A DNA stretch of 64,000 bases from Epiperipatus broadwayi. Lineage: Eukaryota > Animalia > Onychophora. Below the pieces are notes generated by a model that saw only the letters and a list, made by a program, of their open reading frames with translations, searched no databases and was not told where the DNA came from. The stretch lies in the NCBI GenBank assembly GCA_028023455.1, contig JAQFVV010000002.1, positions 14,322,001 to 14,386,000 of the forward strand. Reading direction: 5' to 3'. Of the stretch, positions 1 to 13,095 are shown in pieces (the first letter of the stretch is position 1; the number at the start of each line of letters is the position of its first letter). A program made the translations under genes and the position numbers.

Positions 1-877
1 AGAATGCCAGTTTTAAATAGAAAGTGTTGGGAATAATCTGGTGTAATTAAAATAATTGAAGAGTATTTTATATAAAAATTTAAATAAAAAATAATTTAGA
101 ATGCAAAAGGGTGTAGTCATATGAAAGTAAATAAAGTTTTTTTTAAAATATATAATATTTTGTAAATTCTTTGTAAATATATATATAGATATTTTATGGA
201 AATAATCTTTGATAATGATCATATAATTATGGTTGAAACATTATAGAGGAAAACAAATAAAAAAGTGTAGTTCATAAAATAAAAAAAACTAAGATTTGAA
301 AAGAAAGTGTATTAATGAACTTCTTCGCTTGCAAAGAAGCCATATTGAATATTTAAAAAATTATGTTAAGCCACAAATTTTATAACTTAAGTTTGTATTA
401 TTCAAAAATGACATAATATATATTTTTCAAACATAAAACACGAAAAGATGTAATATAGCCATTGATTTCTAATAATTATTTTCATATTATTTCATAAGTT
501 CTAAATTTTCATGCATACATTGTAAAATTATTTTTTTGTTGGTAGATTAGTTGCATTCATCATCATTAAATTTCTAATAAATTAATTATAATAACATTTC
601 ACCTAAGGTAATCCATCACTTGAACACTTCGTAGAATAAAGATATTAGTATCTCATTTTTCCTAGTAACCTTCAAAATATTTTTACATACAGGGGTTTGC
701 AATGAATATGTCATCCCTGATAACAAGTAGTTAATATTGATCAATAATTAATATAATTTGAATATTATAATAAAGAACTTCAATAAAGTTTGTAATTTAT
801 TAAAAATTACTACTAAAATAGTCACTATATTACATAATAAAATAAAAAGTGAATGAAATACTAAATTCATTATAGAG

Positions 878-1330
878 TTAAACTTGAGGTACATAAGTTA
901 ATTGTTTAGAGTCAGTGCAATGTAGTATTATTATGATCCTACCTCTGTAGGTTTTTAGGGCTCGTTGCTTCATCCTACTATGGCCAGTAAATTTAGTAAT
1001 AGCTTCATCAACTGCCACCTCTCTTTGCATTTGATATGCAGCTTTGAAATTTACTTTGCAGTAGTCTATAATCAGCCTAAGTTTATATATTCTGTCAAAA
1101 TCTTTACTTTTATCTTTGGCTTTTTTATTATTATTAAAACGCAGACAAGATATAGAAAAAAATCTAAATTGGGTCATATTTGCAAAATATGTTTGTCTTT
1201 GTTTCATATCAGAACTCCATATATCTGGAGCAAAGGCCCATTACCATGCCAAAAAATGCAGATAATTCACGATATAAATTTACACAATCACGAGCTATTT
1301 TTTGATCAGCGAATATGTTAAAGTTCAATA
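878..1330 (-). pseudogene. piggyBac (DDE_Tnp_1_7/PGBD-type) transposase fragment, frameshifted
   Basis: ORF 878..1207 reads RIYKLRLIIDYCKVNFKAAYQMQREVAVDEAITKFTGHSRMKQ, matching the piggyBac pattern K.R.LID...F...Y.P.....IDE....F.GR...KQ. A shifted frame gives P*KPTEVG, similar to P.KP.K.G. No paired TIRs found. Confidence 0.75.
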
Positions 1331-1619
1331 ATAAATTTTTTGTATATTTTTTTATCAAATATAAATTCAAATAATAATTAAAAATTATATAAAATTAAAT
1401 ACACCAGTAGAAAGCTCCCAATAATGTTCACTCTTTATACAGACTAAGAAAATTGATAAAATCTTGCATTTTTTCCGATGTAAATTTCGGGGTAAATCCA
1501 ATTCTGTTAAAAATGAAAAAACTGAAAGACAAAAAAAATCAATTTACTTGATTACAAAAATTATCATAAAATTTTTAATTTTTATCATAGAAAAATGAAA
1601 CTTACATTTTCTGAAACTA

Positions 1620-1765
1620 GGAAAAAAGATGGAAATGAAGATGTAAAAAGCGCATGCGTAGACTGCATAGATTTTCGGCAGTTTTAAACTGAAACCGGAT
1701 GTTGCAAATTTGAAAATTCAAGATCACAATGTGTCATCGCAACACTGAACAGGTTGTATTTAAGG
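1620..1765. promoter_or_regulatory. candidate housekeeping-type promoter / TSS region
   Basis: Local cluster of CpGs in CpG-poor DNA outside any recognised TE. Contains GCGCATGCGT (NRF1-like, about 1650) and ACCGGATGT (ETS-like, about 1695), with a possible donor AACAG|GTTGTA near 1753. Confidence 0.35.
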
Positions 1766-2074
1766 ATTTGATTGTTTTGTTTTTTAATTTTTAAATCTTT
1801 AGATATAGTCAATAGATTTTTTTTTTTTTAACTTGCTTAGATGAATTCTGAATTCTAGTGTAACATCTTAATGGGTTACTGAAGATAAAATTTTAAAATT
1901 GTTGAAGAATGAATAAAATTGAAATTTATATTTTTACCTTTATAAATTGATCTGAAGAATATATAGGCGCATACCAAGAATTATGTAGCATTTTTATTGG
2001 AAAGCTTGTTCTATTGCAGATATTTTCTTTTGGTCTTTTAATAAACTTTTAAATACAATCTGTTATAGTTCTAG

Positions 2075-2190
2075 GACATACAAGCTTATTTGGTGGAATT
2101 TTAAGTGCATCTTGCTTTCCTAAATACATTTGCATGTTCTGGAGAAAGCTGAAATATTATTACCTCTATGCTGTCAGAAAATATATATAA
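2075..2190 (+). CDS. weak candidate coding exon of unidentified host gene
   Basis: Acceptor tgttatagttctag|, open frame (G)HTSLFGGILSASCFPKYICMFWRKLKYYYLYAVRKYI* ending in a stop. No homology recognised. Confidence 0.2.
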
Positions 2191-5100
2191 TGCATAAACA
2201 TTACAAAAAAAAAAAAAATAAATCCAGAAATTTCACTTGTAATCTTCAAGGTTTTTCTTTAATAAATTTATTTTATCTGAGTTTAACTTGTCAAAATTGG
2301 AATGATATGAAATTCATAATTTATGCCTTAGAAGTTTTATATTAAATGAAATAAAGGGAGTTATATTTGGTGTATGTAAGGCATCTTATCGGCTTATATT
2401 GATAAATTATTTGACTGTTCATCCTAAACCATATAGACTTCTTTACTATTAGTCATTTATTAAAAATATCTTCTATCAAAATTCTGTTTATATTGATATT
2501 TGAAAAAATCTATTGTTATACTAAGCTGTAGAATACTTTAAGAAAAGAAATCCTGTTATTCAGAATATTATATTAGATAAGAGAAATAGTCAATTTCTTT
2601 TGGAATCACTGGTATATAGTTATTTATTCAGTTATATATAATTAAGCTACAGTTTGCATAACAAACATTCTCTGAAAAATGTCTATATGCTTCATCATGT
2701 TCTTATAAAAAAAATTTCCCAAATAAATAAGCAGACTATGATTTGTTATGAATATACTTTATAGAAATGGTTCACAAAAGATATTCGAAAATTCATCATA
2801 TCTTTCAAATCTACTTTATTTGACATGTATTACCTATCAATCATTGACTATGAAATAATTATTATTTTCTCTCCCATACTATCTGGACTGATGAAATAGT
2901 TATTTAGTTAACATTCTGGAATTGGTAAATCACACTTCCTTTTTGCTTTTCTTTATAATTGGTCGATTTTGACTCAATTAAAATATATATTAATTGTTAA
3001 GCAATGTGTATCGGTTGTATGAGATACAGTTGATAGCTGAAGGGAGCTTGAACATCTGTGTTCAAATCCTTTATAATTATATCTAAACCCCAGTATATAA
3101 ATTATACCATGTTTTCAAATAATCAATGATTAACAAATATACAAACACAAATGTTTACTATTCTAAGTAGCAAAAATACAGCTTGGGAAAAGTTTTTTTT
3201 TTTTCTGATTGAAAATGATTTTATTCTTGAATAATTCTTATATATATATTTCATAAAATTATTCTCTTTTATATATGGATTAAATATTGTCTTTTTTCCC
3301 CCCAATCATAATATTTATCTCTGTTATATCTTTGTATTCTTTTTTTTTTTTTTACTTTTATTAGATAACCAGTTCTTAGGAAAAACAGTTAAAATTTGAA
3401 ACTTTTTTCTTGTAGTTAATGTTCCTTCAAATTTTTATTTAGTTACTAAAATTATTTTCTATTCCACATTATTTTTCCCCTATATTGTTTATTGTTTCAT
3501 AAAACATTTTCTTCTAAAGAAATTTTTATATTTAATTATTTTACTTTTGCCATACATATTTAGTCAATATGAGGTTTGTTACATACCTAAATTTTCTTAA
3601 ACAATTTAGAATATAGTTTTCTTATTTGTCAACTATTTGCTGTAACTCACAGTTTTTATATATCATTTATATCGCACATACAATCTTGTATGTGCTGTAG
3701 ATTTTTTTTTTTTATATAAAAATGACTAATAATTTTTATCTCTTTCTATCATGATTTGCAACTTTTATATTTTATCTGAAATTTGAAGAATGAAATCTTC
3801 CATCATTATATATTCTAATGCTTTTATGATATAATTTAGGAAGTACATTAACTATTTTTGCAATTATCACATTTCCAGGATACTTGTTTACATATGACAA
3901 AATAGGATGCAATTTTTCATTCCTGAAAATGCAATATTTTTATCTCTGCTTATAATTTATGTAAAGTTTTTTATTTTGATACATGAAAAAATAGATTTTA
4001 TTTGCAAAGCAGAGAAAAAATTATTTGTAGGGGTATATAGATATAAGAAATTCATTTTTTTCCCCCAATCTTTGAATTTTTTTTATGACATTTAATGATT
4101 TTGTATTTACAATAATTGGCTTTTTAGAATCACTACATTTTGGAAAAGTAGAATTATATTAAGATCTTATCCTGAAAATATGCATGTATAGTTTTTTAAA
4201 TAATAATAGCACATGATTTTTATTAAAATTTTATATCATTCTACTTTCTGATGTCAAGAATTATAATTTCATTATTTCGGACTTTAAAAATTGAACAAAA
4301 TGTTTTTATTTTGTTTTTCTAACTTGAGAAAATTGTGTTTTGTGTGAGAGAACATGCATAAAAAATAGTTAATGTTGTTTTAACATATGATCTACCTGAA
4401 TTTGAGTAATCTGTCTGTTAGATGGTACTACCCCCATAAAAAACTATTTCATAAATAAAATGTACATATTAAATAACTTTATAAGTAAAGCAGTATAAAA
4501 AGTAATTCATATAAAAGTAATTTGCCGCATTAAAGTGTGTTGAATGAAAGCAATTCATAAAAAATGAATTGCAGATATAAGACTAAATGCAAATCTTTCA
4601 TATTATGTGTTAAAAGTAATTCGTGAAGAAAAGTATTTTAAATTTATCATTTAGTAAAAAATAGATTCCAAAAAATAATCCAATTGCAGCAAGAAGTGCG
4701 TGACTAAATAAAGGCATAAAAATAAATGTTTTAATAAGCAAGAAAATGTGAAAATTGCTTACATTTTATAAAATGTAAATTTTTCATTTTCTTCCCAATA
4801 GTAAATGCAATAAACATCTTGACATTTTTAATGTCATTTCACAATTGAAGTCATCTCTCGCGTCTTATTTCAACTATAAGTAGAAAAGAATTCATCATTA
4901 TTTTAAACATATTTAAAAAAATAAATTTCTTGTTTTTAAATGAATATAATCAAATATTTGTTGATTTATAGTTATGGTAGAATAAAATTACACTTGCTAG
5001 ACTTAGTGTTATAATTAAAATTATTTTTCTTTTTTTTTTTTCTAATAGAAACATTGTATTCATTATTTTACCTTTTTTTATAGATTAGATTTATCATTAG

Positions 5101-5311
5101 TTTTTTGTGGTACCATTTGTGAGATAGATTGCCAAATTCAGGTAGCTCACACATTAGAACAACATCAAGTAGTTCATTGTTTAAGAAATTCAAAAGCTCC
5201 TAACTAAAAATGGCTTAAAGCTTTTATTTAAAAAAAAATACTTCATGGTAATTTACACTTGACATGGACTGATTCAATAGAAAATATATATATATATATT
5301 CTTTTTAATAG

Positions 5312-5415
5312 ATTTAAGTAATGATTGGATTCACACACCATCAAAGGAAGAGGTGATGCCTAATTTTATAGAAACGACACGTCCGTTGGAAAACCATATA
5401 GAACCTCAATTTCAA
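5312..5415 (+). CDS. candidate internal coding exon (phase 1 to phase 0), unidentified host gene
   Basis: Acceptor ttctttttaatag|, donor caa|GTATGA, 104 nt, higher GC than the flanks, open frame (D)LSNDWIHTPSKEEVMPNFIETTRPLENHIEPQFQ. Confidence 0.5.
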
Positions 5416-5694
5416 GTATGAATTTTTAAATACATTTTTTATGCATTTAAAATTTTGAATTTACTTTTTATTTTAACCTTCAATGGCTACAAGCGGTATG
5501 TGATACTACTAGAAATATTCATATGCCTTAATTTTATATAATTTTGTAAGTTGAACAGGTGTCCATCTTAACAATTTTTTGGGAGTATCTGTATTTTGAA
5601 AACGTCAAATTAATTTGAATTTTGTTCACATGGTGTAAGTTTTATGCCAGTTTTTCGGGGTTTAGCGATGTCTCATGTTTTAGTCTAAACATAA

Positions 5695-6290
5695 TTTTGT
5701 CTGTTTTTTAAAATAAGTATTATAATATTTTTGTAAATAATGCTTACAATGATAAAAATCAAATTTATATATTATATTGAGTGTTCTTTTCCTAATAAAA
5801 AACAGCCAAGTGATACCATATTGAATTGTATCAGTTATAATCTAAAAAAAGTAATTTTATTTCTCTATTTTCTTTTTGCAGTCTATGATTAAATTTTTTT
5901 TATATAAATGTTATAATAATTATTGTGAATAATGTTTATAATAAATCAAATTTATTTTATTATAATAACAGTAATTTTACTAAAAAAAAAAGAAGCAACT
6001 AACTGATTCCAGTTAGAAACTGTTTTTTTCAGTCTATGGTTATATATTTTTTACTTTTTTCATGCAAATATTATATTTTTTGTAAGTAATGCTTATAATA
6101 AATAATGCCAAATTTATTTCATTATAATAACTGATCATAAAGCAATCAACTGATCATAGTTATAAGCTAAATGAAAATAATTTTATTTTTTTATATTTTG
6201 CTGTCTATGTTATCTTATATGTTTTAAAATTTTTTTAATATTACACGTATTATAAATAATGCTTATAATAAAAAAAAATCAAATTTGGAA
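5695..6290. repeat. degenerate tandem repeat, about 165-bp period, about 4 units
   Basis: The block gtctatg...taatgcttataata...atcaaattt recurs at about 5700, 5860, 6030 and 6195. Confidence 0.55.
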
Positions 6291-6327
6291 CTATATCATA
6301 AAATAATACTTTTCGTAGGAATAGTAT

Positions 6328-6654
6328 CACATACCGTTGTGTCTTATATGTTCCAATATGAGTTGTAGCCATTGCGGATTAATTATAGCCATTTACTAAT
6401 TACATTTACTTGTTAATCAGTTTGTTAATATATAGTCAGTTCAAAAAGATGTTCTTTCAGTTAGTCCATTATATTTAAAGGTAGCTTTGTTTGAAGCTTG
6501 TTTTGTTATTATTATTACTCCATATTTATTCACTTATAATTTTTTCAATACCACTTAAGATCAGATATGTCCATTGTGTAGTATTAATTGGTGTTTGAAA
6601 AAAAAATCACCCCGTGAAAATAAGATTTATAATCAACAGAGGAGCAAATTTGTA
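6328..6654. mobile_element. 327-bp segment flanked by a 12-bp direct repeat (possible TSD)
   Basis: TAGGAATAGTAT at 6316-6327 and 6655-6666. No TIR or poly(A) recognised. Confidence 0.4.
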
Positions 6655-6789
6655 TAGGAATAGTATTTATAAGATTTAAATAAGACCACAGAATGATAAA
6701 TTACGGTACATGTATTTACAGTGTACATCCTCACAATTATAATGTCTTTGAATAAACTTATTTCTGGTTTAGAAAAATATTGAAAAAAT

Positions 6790-9200
6790 ATACTTAGTTT
6801 ATATCTGATGATCCACTGTAAAAGAAAGTCTATTATTATTAAAAATTCAACCTAATTTATGCAGTAATGGTTATTTGATCATCATTTTCAATCATTCCAT
6901 TGCAGGATGAAGGTTTCTTCCAGTTTATCTAATCTAATCATTTCTTCACATTTCACCAGCAAACTTCTTTATCATTCATCTATCTTATGATTTCTTTCTA
7001 GGTCTTTTACAATCTTCTGGGATTCTGCTTAAGACTTCAACTATATGTCTATTATCATCTCTGCTGCAGTATGTCCCGCCCATCTCCATTTCAGTGTCTT
7101 AATTCTTTCAGTAATGTCAGTGATACTTGTTTCTTAGCTATGTATTTTATTTTTGATCACTTTTCTTACTTCTGATCTACAATTCTTCATACTTAGTTGA
7201 ATAATCTGAAATCTCTGTACTGCTTTTTTTTTTTAATGATTGAGTCTCAGATCCCATTAGTAAGAAATAATAAAACATCTAGTTAAAAATCTTTCTTTTC
7301 AAACACATAGATTTCCTTTTAGTACTGTGTTATTTCCATCAAAAGAATGCCATCAAAGTTTTATTCTATAATTAATTTCATTCTTTATATATTTTCATTT
7401 GTAGTAATAATTTGACTAAGATATTTATAGTTATTAACTTTTTTTAATTCATGATTATCACTTCTTATTTTTGTCTTCTGAGGAAATTCATTCAACATCA
7501 CTTCAGTCTTTTAGCCATTATCTTTAGTCCTATTTTCATATTTTTTTCTGATAGCTCTTGCAAAACAATCATATCATCTTTAAAATCGTGATGACTTAAA
7601 TAAATTTACTTTTATTCCCTTAGCTTCCCATTTTAATGTACAAAATATTTCTTATAGAATTATTATAAAAAGTTTTGAAGATATGAATTCAACCTGTTGT
7701 AAACTCTTCACAATGTTAATCTTTTTAATATCACCTTACAATTTAATCATTGATGTTGCATTTTGATAAATATTTGTGAGAATATGGCAATATTCTGCTT
7801 TAATCACCAAAGCAATACTTATAAAATCAAATAGCTTTTCATAATCTACAAATCAAAAGCATTATAGCAATTCATATCTAAAATAGGCAAAACGTGATGT
7901 TTTAAGCAATTCATATCCATTGTGCTAAAATCAATTTTCAATCCAGCTCATTCTTTTGATTAATTAGAATTCAAGGTTTATTGTAGACAAATTGCAATTA
8001 TGTTGTTAAAAATTTTTATATATATATATTGGACTAATAAGTCTAATATCTTCATCGTCTTTATTAAATATTAATATTACTACTGCATTTTTGTAATTAT
8101 CTGTACATGTTTATTGCTTTGTCAACAATTTTTCAACTTCTTCACCTGCTTTTTTTAAAATAGTAATAAATCCTAGAACTTTTCATAGATTTAATTGTTG
8201 GAGATATTTTGTTATCTTGCCCTTTATCAGTGTTTAATTCTTGATAGAACTCTTTCACACATTTAATGGTGTCGTTTCTTTTTAATAATAGTTCCATCTT
8301 TTCTTTTTATTGTAGCTAATTCACAATTATATTTTCTTACATCAATATTAATTTTTTTTTAATTACCATTTTACAAAAATCTAGATTTTCAATTATTTTT
8401 CGTGGCTTATTTTAAATGGTTTCACATTCTTTTTTTAAAAATAGAATATAAGTTGCTTCTTTGCTGATTTCTGTCAAGTCTGAACTGTCTTCAAAATCTG
8501 TTAATATTTTTAATTGATTAAGTTTTAATTTAAATTTTTTGGAATATTTTTGTAAGTTAAGAATATCAACTATTAATAGGGTTTTTCACAATTTTTGTAT
8601 CTCTAGTTGCATTAACACATATCTTACTTCTCATTAAACAATTATAACTTCTCATATTGAATAAGAACATTACAATTTTGAAATACTAATTTTTCTGTTA
8701 GTCAAAATATAATCCAATTCTGCTGTACTTTTATTTTGGTGGTACATGTTCATTTCCATTTGGTATTTTTTTCACAAAAATAATTTATAATATGCAATTT
8801 TTCTTTTTTTGTAAACTTCACAAGTCTTTGTTCTCTATCATGTCTATCATAATAACGAAATTTACCCCAGCGCATTACATTTTTTAATATAAAAATCTTT
8901 GTTTTCTTCATCATAATGTGAATGAATGTGTTGGGGCATAAATTTGAATAATTAATCGTCACTCTATCTGATATGTCATCAATCTCTATATTATTGTTCT
9001 TCCATTTTTTTATTTCTAATGAATTCCAGTTCATTTCTATTTCTAATATTTGTGCTTTTGAAGTAAAGTATGTGTGTTTTTTAAATTAATTGTCTCCCCA
9101 CCTTTTTTATAACTTTACAAAGGACAACAATATCCCATTTAATGGTAGGCAATTATTTCAATTTATGCAATTGTCTTTCAATTTAAAGTGTGCAGCAATG
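6790..9200 (-). mobile_element. highly decayed RTE-clade LINE (APE endonuclease + RT remnants)
   Basis: Minus-strand remnants: IKWDIVVLCKVIKRWG (APE N-terminus, about 9130), HIINYFCEKNTKWK.TC (similar to I.NT.F.K....KWTW), FVDYEK.FDFI (RT FVDYEKAFD, about 7840) and HDFKDDMIV (similar to RFADDIV, about 7580). Confidence 0.7.
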
Positions 9201-10295
9201 ACAGATACCTAAATAAATAAATATGTAATCAGGAAACTGGCATCTTTGCATTTTCATGGAAACAAGGGCAATAATTTAATTTTATTTATCATAATTGTCC
9301 ATGTGTATATATTATGTATATAAAAGATCATTTTCCTCAAGAAAACTGAATTGATATTTCAATTAAGAACTATCAGGCAACAGGGTTTGTGCTGGATGAT
9401 ATGTATTGATAAACAATCCATCCATGCTTGTATACTATATGAATAATCACATAGTAATAATAGCTGCAAAAAGAAAAACATGTGGGGAGTGGATGTTAGG
9501 AATTTGTCCTGCTCAGTTTCTTTAGCCCTCAAAAAGGAATCAAACTGTCTCCATTCATGTATTCTAGTTGATGGCCTGGAGTGACAAAATGCATGTCATT
9601 TATTAGAAAAAAATATATACATTGATTGAACAGTTAATAAAATTCAGATTAAAAAGAAAAGTTATAAATATAGAATATATATATATAAATGATTTTTTAA
9701 AAATAATACTGTATATTATTTATCATATCAGTACAGCATACCAAAATTGAAGTCTTTAAATGTTTTATAGTTCTTATTATTTTTTTTTTTTTACAAATTT
9801 TTAAGTTATTTTTAAATTACTTTAGGTATTATTAATGCGATTTTTTTAAAGAAATGTTTCTCAATATTTTTTGAATTAAGACCTTTTATAATAGCCAGTA
9901 ATTTGTTATCCCCACCACTGCTAAATTTTTGTAGAAAAGTATTTTTAATTGGGGATGAGGGGGAAATACCAAACTAATATACTAGAAGGCCATCATTTTT
10001 TTAAAACTATTATTCTAATTTTATATTTACTATAGGTAATTAGATAATTTAAAACAATAATAATTGTTTTAAAGTTGTAATTATTTATTAAGCTCAGGAA
10101 ATATATGTAAATACTTTTAAGACAGGCTATAAACTGTGTCAAATGCATTGTGAAATTTATAATAGTCAAACAATATCTTTATTTTGCCTATAGGGACCAA
10201 CAGCTTCACTTCCAAATCAAGATACTTCAGACTGGCCTATATAAGTGGACATTTATAAAACACTCCCTGGCAAAATAAAGATATTGCTTGACTAA

Positions 10296-11000
10296 TGTAG
10301 TGTTTGTAAAAATGCAGACATTTTTGTGCACTCCAGAAAAACTAGAATTTATTCGTAAGGCTGTTTTTAGATCGCGCTCTGATAGCTGAGGAATTTAATT
10401 AGTGCATTGACGTAATGGCGATCGACAATTCCTAGAAGTATTTGCTAATTACAAATGCTTCTAGATAAGAGACGTTACCTTATTGGTCAGTGCATTGATT
10501 GAGATCGTTGCAGTTGTCAGAGAACGAATAGAAGACGGTGTAACATCTAGCAGGAATTAGAGGACAACTCCAGTAGAGAGCAGGCATGCAGTAGTGAGGA
10601 GCGAGCAGTATTGGAGAGACGTCTGTTTAACATCAGCAAAGATATCTTGTGTCAGTGCTGGCAGTAAATGACTAGCACACCCAGTGAAAATGTAGTTCAC
10701 GGGTGTAGCTGAAAGACACCGCAGCAGAGAAGAGCATTAGTTGCAAGAAGAGCATTAGTTGCAAGAAGAGCATTAGTTGCAAGAAGAGCATTAGTTGCAA
10801 GAAAAGCATTAGTTGCAAGAAGAGCATTAGTTGCAGAGAAGGGCATTAGTTGCAGAGAAGGGCATTAGTTGCAGAGAAGGGCATTCGTTGGAGAGCTTCG
10901 TTAAGAAAAAACAGTGTGGGAATTGTATAACGTTATTTGCTGACCGCACCGTATGTCTTGCAGTTATAACCTTGGCACAGTCGTAAGTGCGGATATTACA
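10296..11000. mobile_element. solo LTR (705 bp), 5-bp TSD ACTAA
   Basis: Starts TGTAGTG and ends ATATTACA. ACTAA at 10291-10295 and 11001-11005. GC-richer than the flanks, and it interrupts the arm of a MITE. Confidence 0.85.
10729..10894 (+). repeat. minisatellite inside the solo LTR: 5 x 18-bp + 4 x 19-bp units
   Basis: GAAGAGCATTAGTTGCAA x5 (one GAAAAG variant), then GAAG(A/G)GCATTAGTTGCAGA-type units x4 (last one degenerate). Confidence 0.95.
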
Positions 11001-11987
11001 ACTAATAAATTTCACAGCCCATTTGATACAGGTTATAGCCTGTCTTAAAAATAATTGTTTTGTTTTTCTGCAACTTTTATTGTTAACATTTATTAATCTA
11101 AATAAAATATTTTTCAGCATGGATTATTCTATTGCAAAGTATATATTATTCAGCATATTACATTGTGGCTGAAATTTGAAAAATTATTTAAAAAGACAGC
11201 TTGATCAAATAAATACAATAATATAAAACATTAATATACATGAAGAGATACAAAAAAGGGCTGGTAATATTTTTTTAAGTATCTTCTCAGCAGACCGTAA
11301 GTCACTTCCTTTTATCAAAAATCATTGTTACAAACTCAAGTGGAATATTGCAATGTGGCTACATAGATATTTAAAAATTTTTGGAAAATTTAAGATTAAT
11401 TGCAACTAATAATAATTATGATAATCCCCATAAAATACTTTGTGACCATCTTAAGAATAATAAATTATAGATTGAGAACTTGGGCTTTAAAGATTTGTTC
11501 AATTATTTCTTTATGAATCTGTAAAATCATGAATAATGAATATGTGAACATAGATTCCCTGTATTCAAATATATATTTCATAAAAGAAATTAAAATTAAT
11601 TGAATAATTGCTGAATTAATATATATTTTATGCATTAAAGCATAAGAACTTATATATATTCTGATGGACATCAATATGATAATATGGATTCATTCTATTC
11701 TTTCACAAAGACTTTATCTTGTATTGGAAGTGAGAAGTATTCATTTATTATTAAGATTCATAAAGCGCATGTGCATTAGCTTGAAAAGTTGATCATTAGT
11801 TTATTAAAATAAGACTAGGTAAATATGAATTTTAAATAGAATAGGGACTACATTGCAATCCTCCATATTAGTATTAAATACTTATTATTGATATATCTGC
11901 TTTGCAATTCTGTAATGCCATATATATATTATAATAATAAATGTGAAAGAATGATAGTTATCAGTTACAAACTTATTAATGCTAATA

Positions 11988-13095
11988 CACCTGGGTCTCG
12001 TTTTACGCGATAGATAGGTTCCTCAGAAAACACGCGCAAACGAAATCGCGCAAAAATAGACGTAACTTACATTGGAAAAGGGGGGATGTGGTCTGTGATT
12101 TTTCAAAATTCGCGTAAAAGCAAAGCACCAACATAAAATTACTTTAAAATTAGCGCAAAAAAAAAAAATAAGGAAATAAAATATGACTAATAAAAAATTT
12201 CAAATTTGAAAAAAATTGATACAAGACAAATTTTTTTTTAATGTAATATTTAATTTTATTCAGAATAATATATTTTTATGCACAATTTACAGTACAGTAA
12301 TTTACATTTTTTTATATACGTTTTAATTATTATCGCTATTTGCCGAAAAACATTCGTTTGCAAACTGGTAAAAAATCAATTTTTCACAAGAGGAAATAAC
12401 AACTAGCGCCAACTTCACACTCATGTTGTGTCAATGGTTTTCTGGTGACAATGTAATTAGTAATTAATCTTTGAGACGATGATTTTATTAATTGTTTATG
12501 AAACTAACAACTAAAAATTAAATTCTTATTTTTGTCTTTAATTTTTTAATTTTCAATTCCGTTTAAAAATCAAATTTCACATCACATTAATTTCAAGTCG
12601 CCGTAATTTTTAAATTGTTAATTACAATTAAAAATCAGATTTTAATTTTTAATTGTCAAATTTAATTGTGCCCACTGCTATTACTCACCTTTTAAAAATA
12701 AACTTGTGGACACTAAATGATTAATAATTGATTACGTTCTTTTTTAAAAAGCAAAAACAATGTGATTTAAAATGCAAAATTAACACGCACAATGTTTGAA
12801 CAAATTTACATTATAACCTTGTAAAATTTAATGTGTGTATACATAAAATGTGGAAATCATGATTTTAATTTCATTATTGCATAAAATCTTACTATTATAA
12901 AGCATTGAAAATATTGAAATTACTAAAATGAAAGTCGAATTCCAATAATATGCTATTACTTTCAATATAACGTAAGTGCGCGAAATTTATTATTTAAAGT
13001 AATGGCGCATTATCGGAGTTCGACTTCCGGTGAAACATGAATCGCGTAACTTCAAAATCGTGTTAAATAAGTCCGCGTAAAAAGAGACCCAGGTG
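11988..13095 (+). mobile_element. pogo/Tigger-like (Tc1/mariner) MITE, subfamily 1, copy A
   Basis: TA|CACCTGGGTCTCGTTTTACGCG ... CGCGTAAAAAGAGACCCAGGTG|TA. About 22-bp TIR, TA TSD, no ORF. Confidence 0.9.

Larger units (their letters stand above)
10121..11044. mobile_element. TTAA-flanked foldback MITE (Kolobok-like termini), 214 bp without the nested LTR
   Basis: TTAA|GACAGGCTATAAAC at 10117-10134 and GTTATAGCCTGTC|TTAA ending at 11048. Arms stay complementary for about 75 bp, including tagtcaaacaatatctttattttgcc versus ggcaaaataaagatattgcttgacta. The right arm is split by the solo LTR. Confidence 0.8.

Noticed and set aside
5084-5141. Candidate exon LDLSLVFCGTICEIDCQIQ
   Set aside because: It ends in phase 0 while the next candidate exon (5312) starts in phase 1, and no homology was recognised.
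10729-10894. CRISPR-like repeat array
   Set aside because: Units are head-to-tail with no unique spacers, there are no cas genes, the context is eukaryotic, and it lies inside an LTR.
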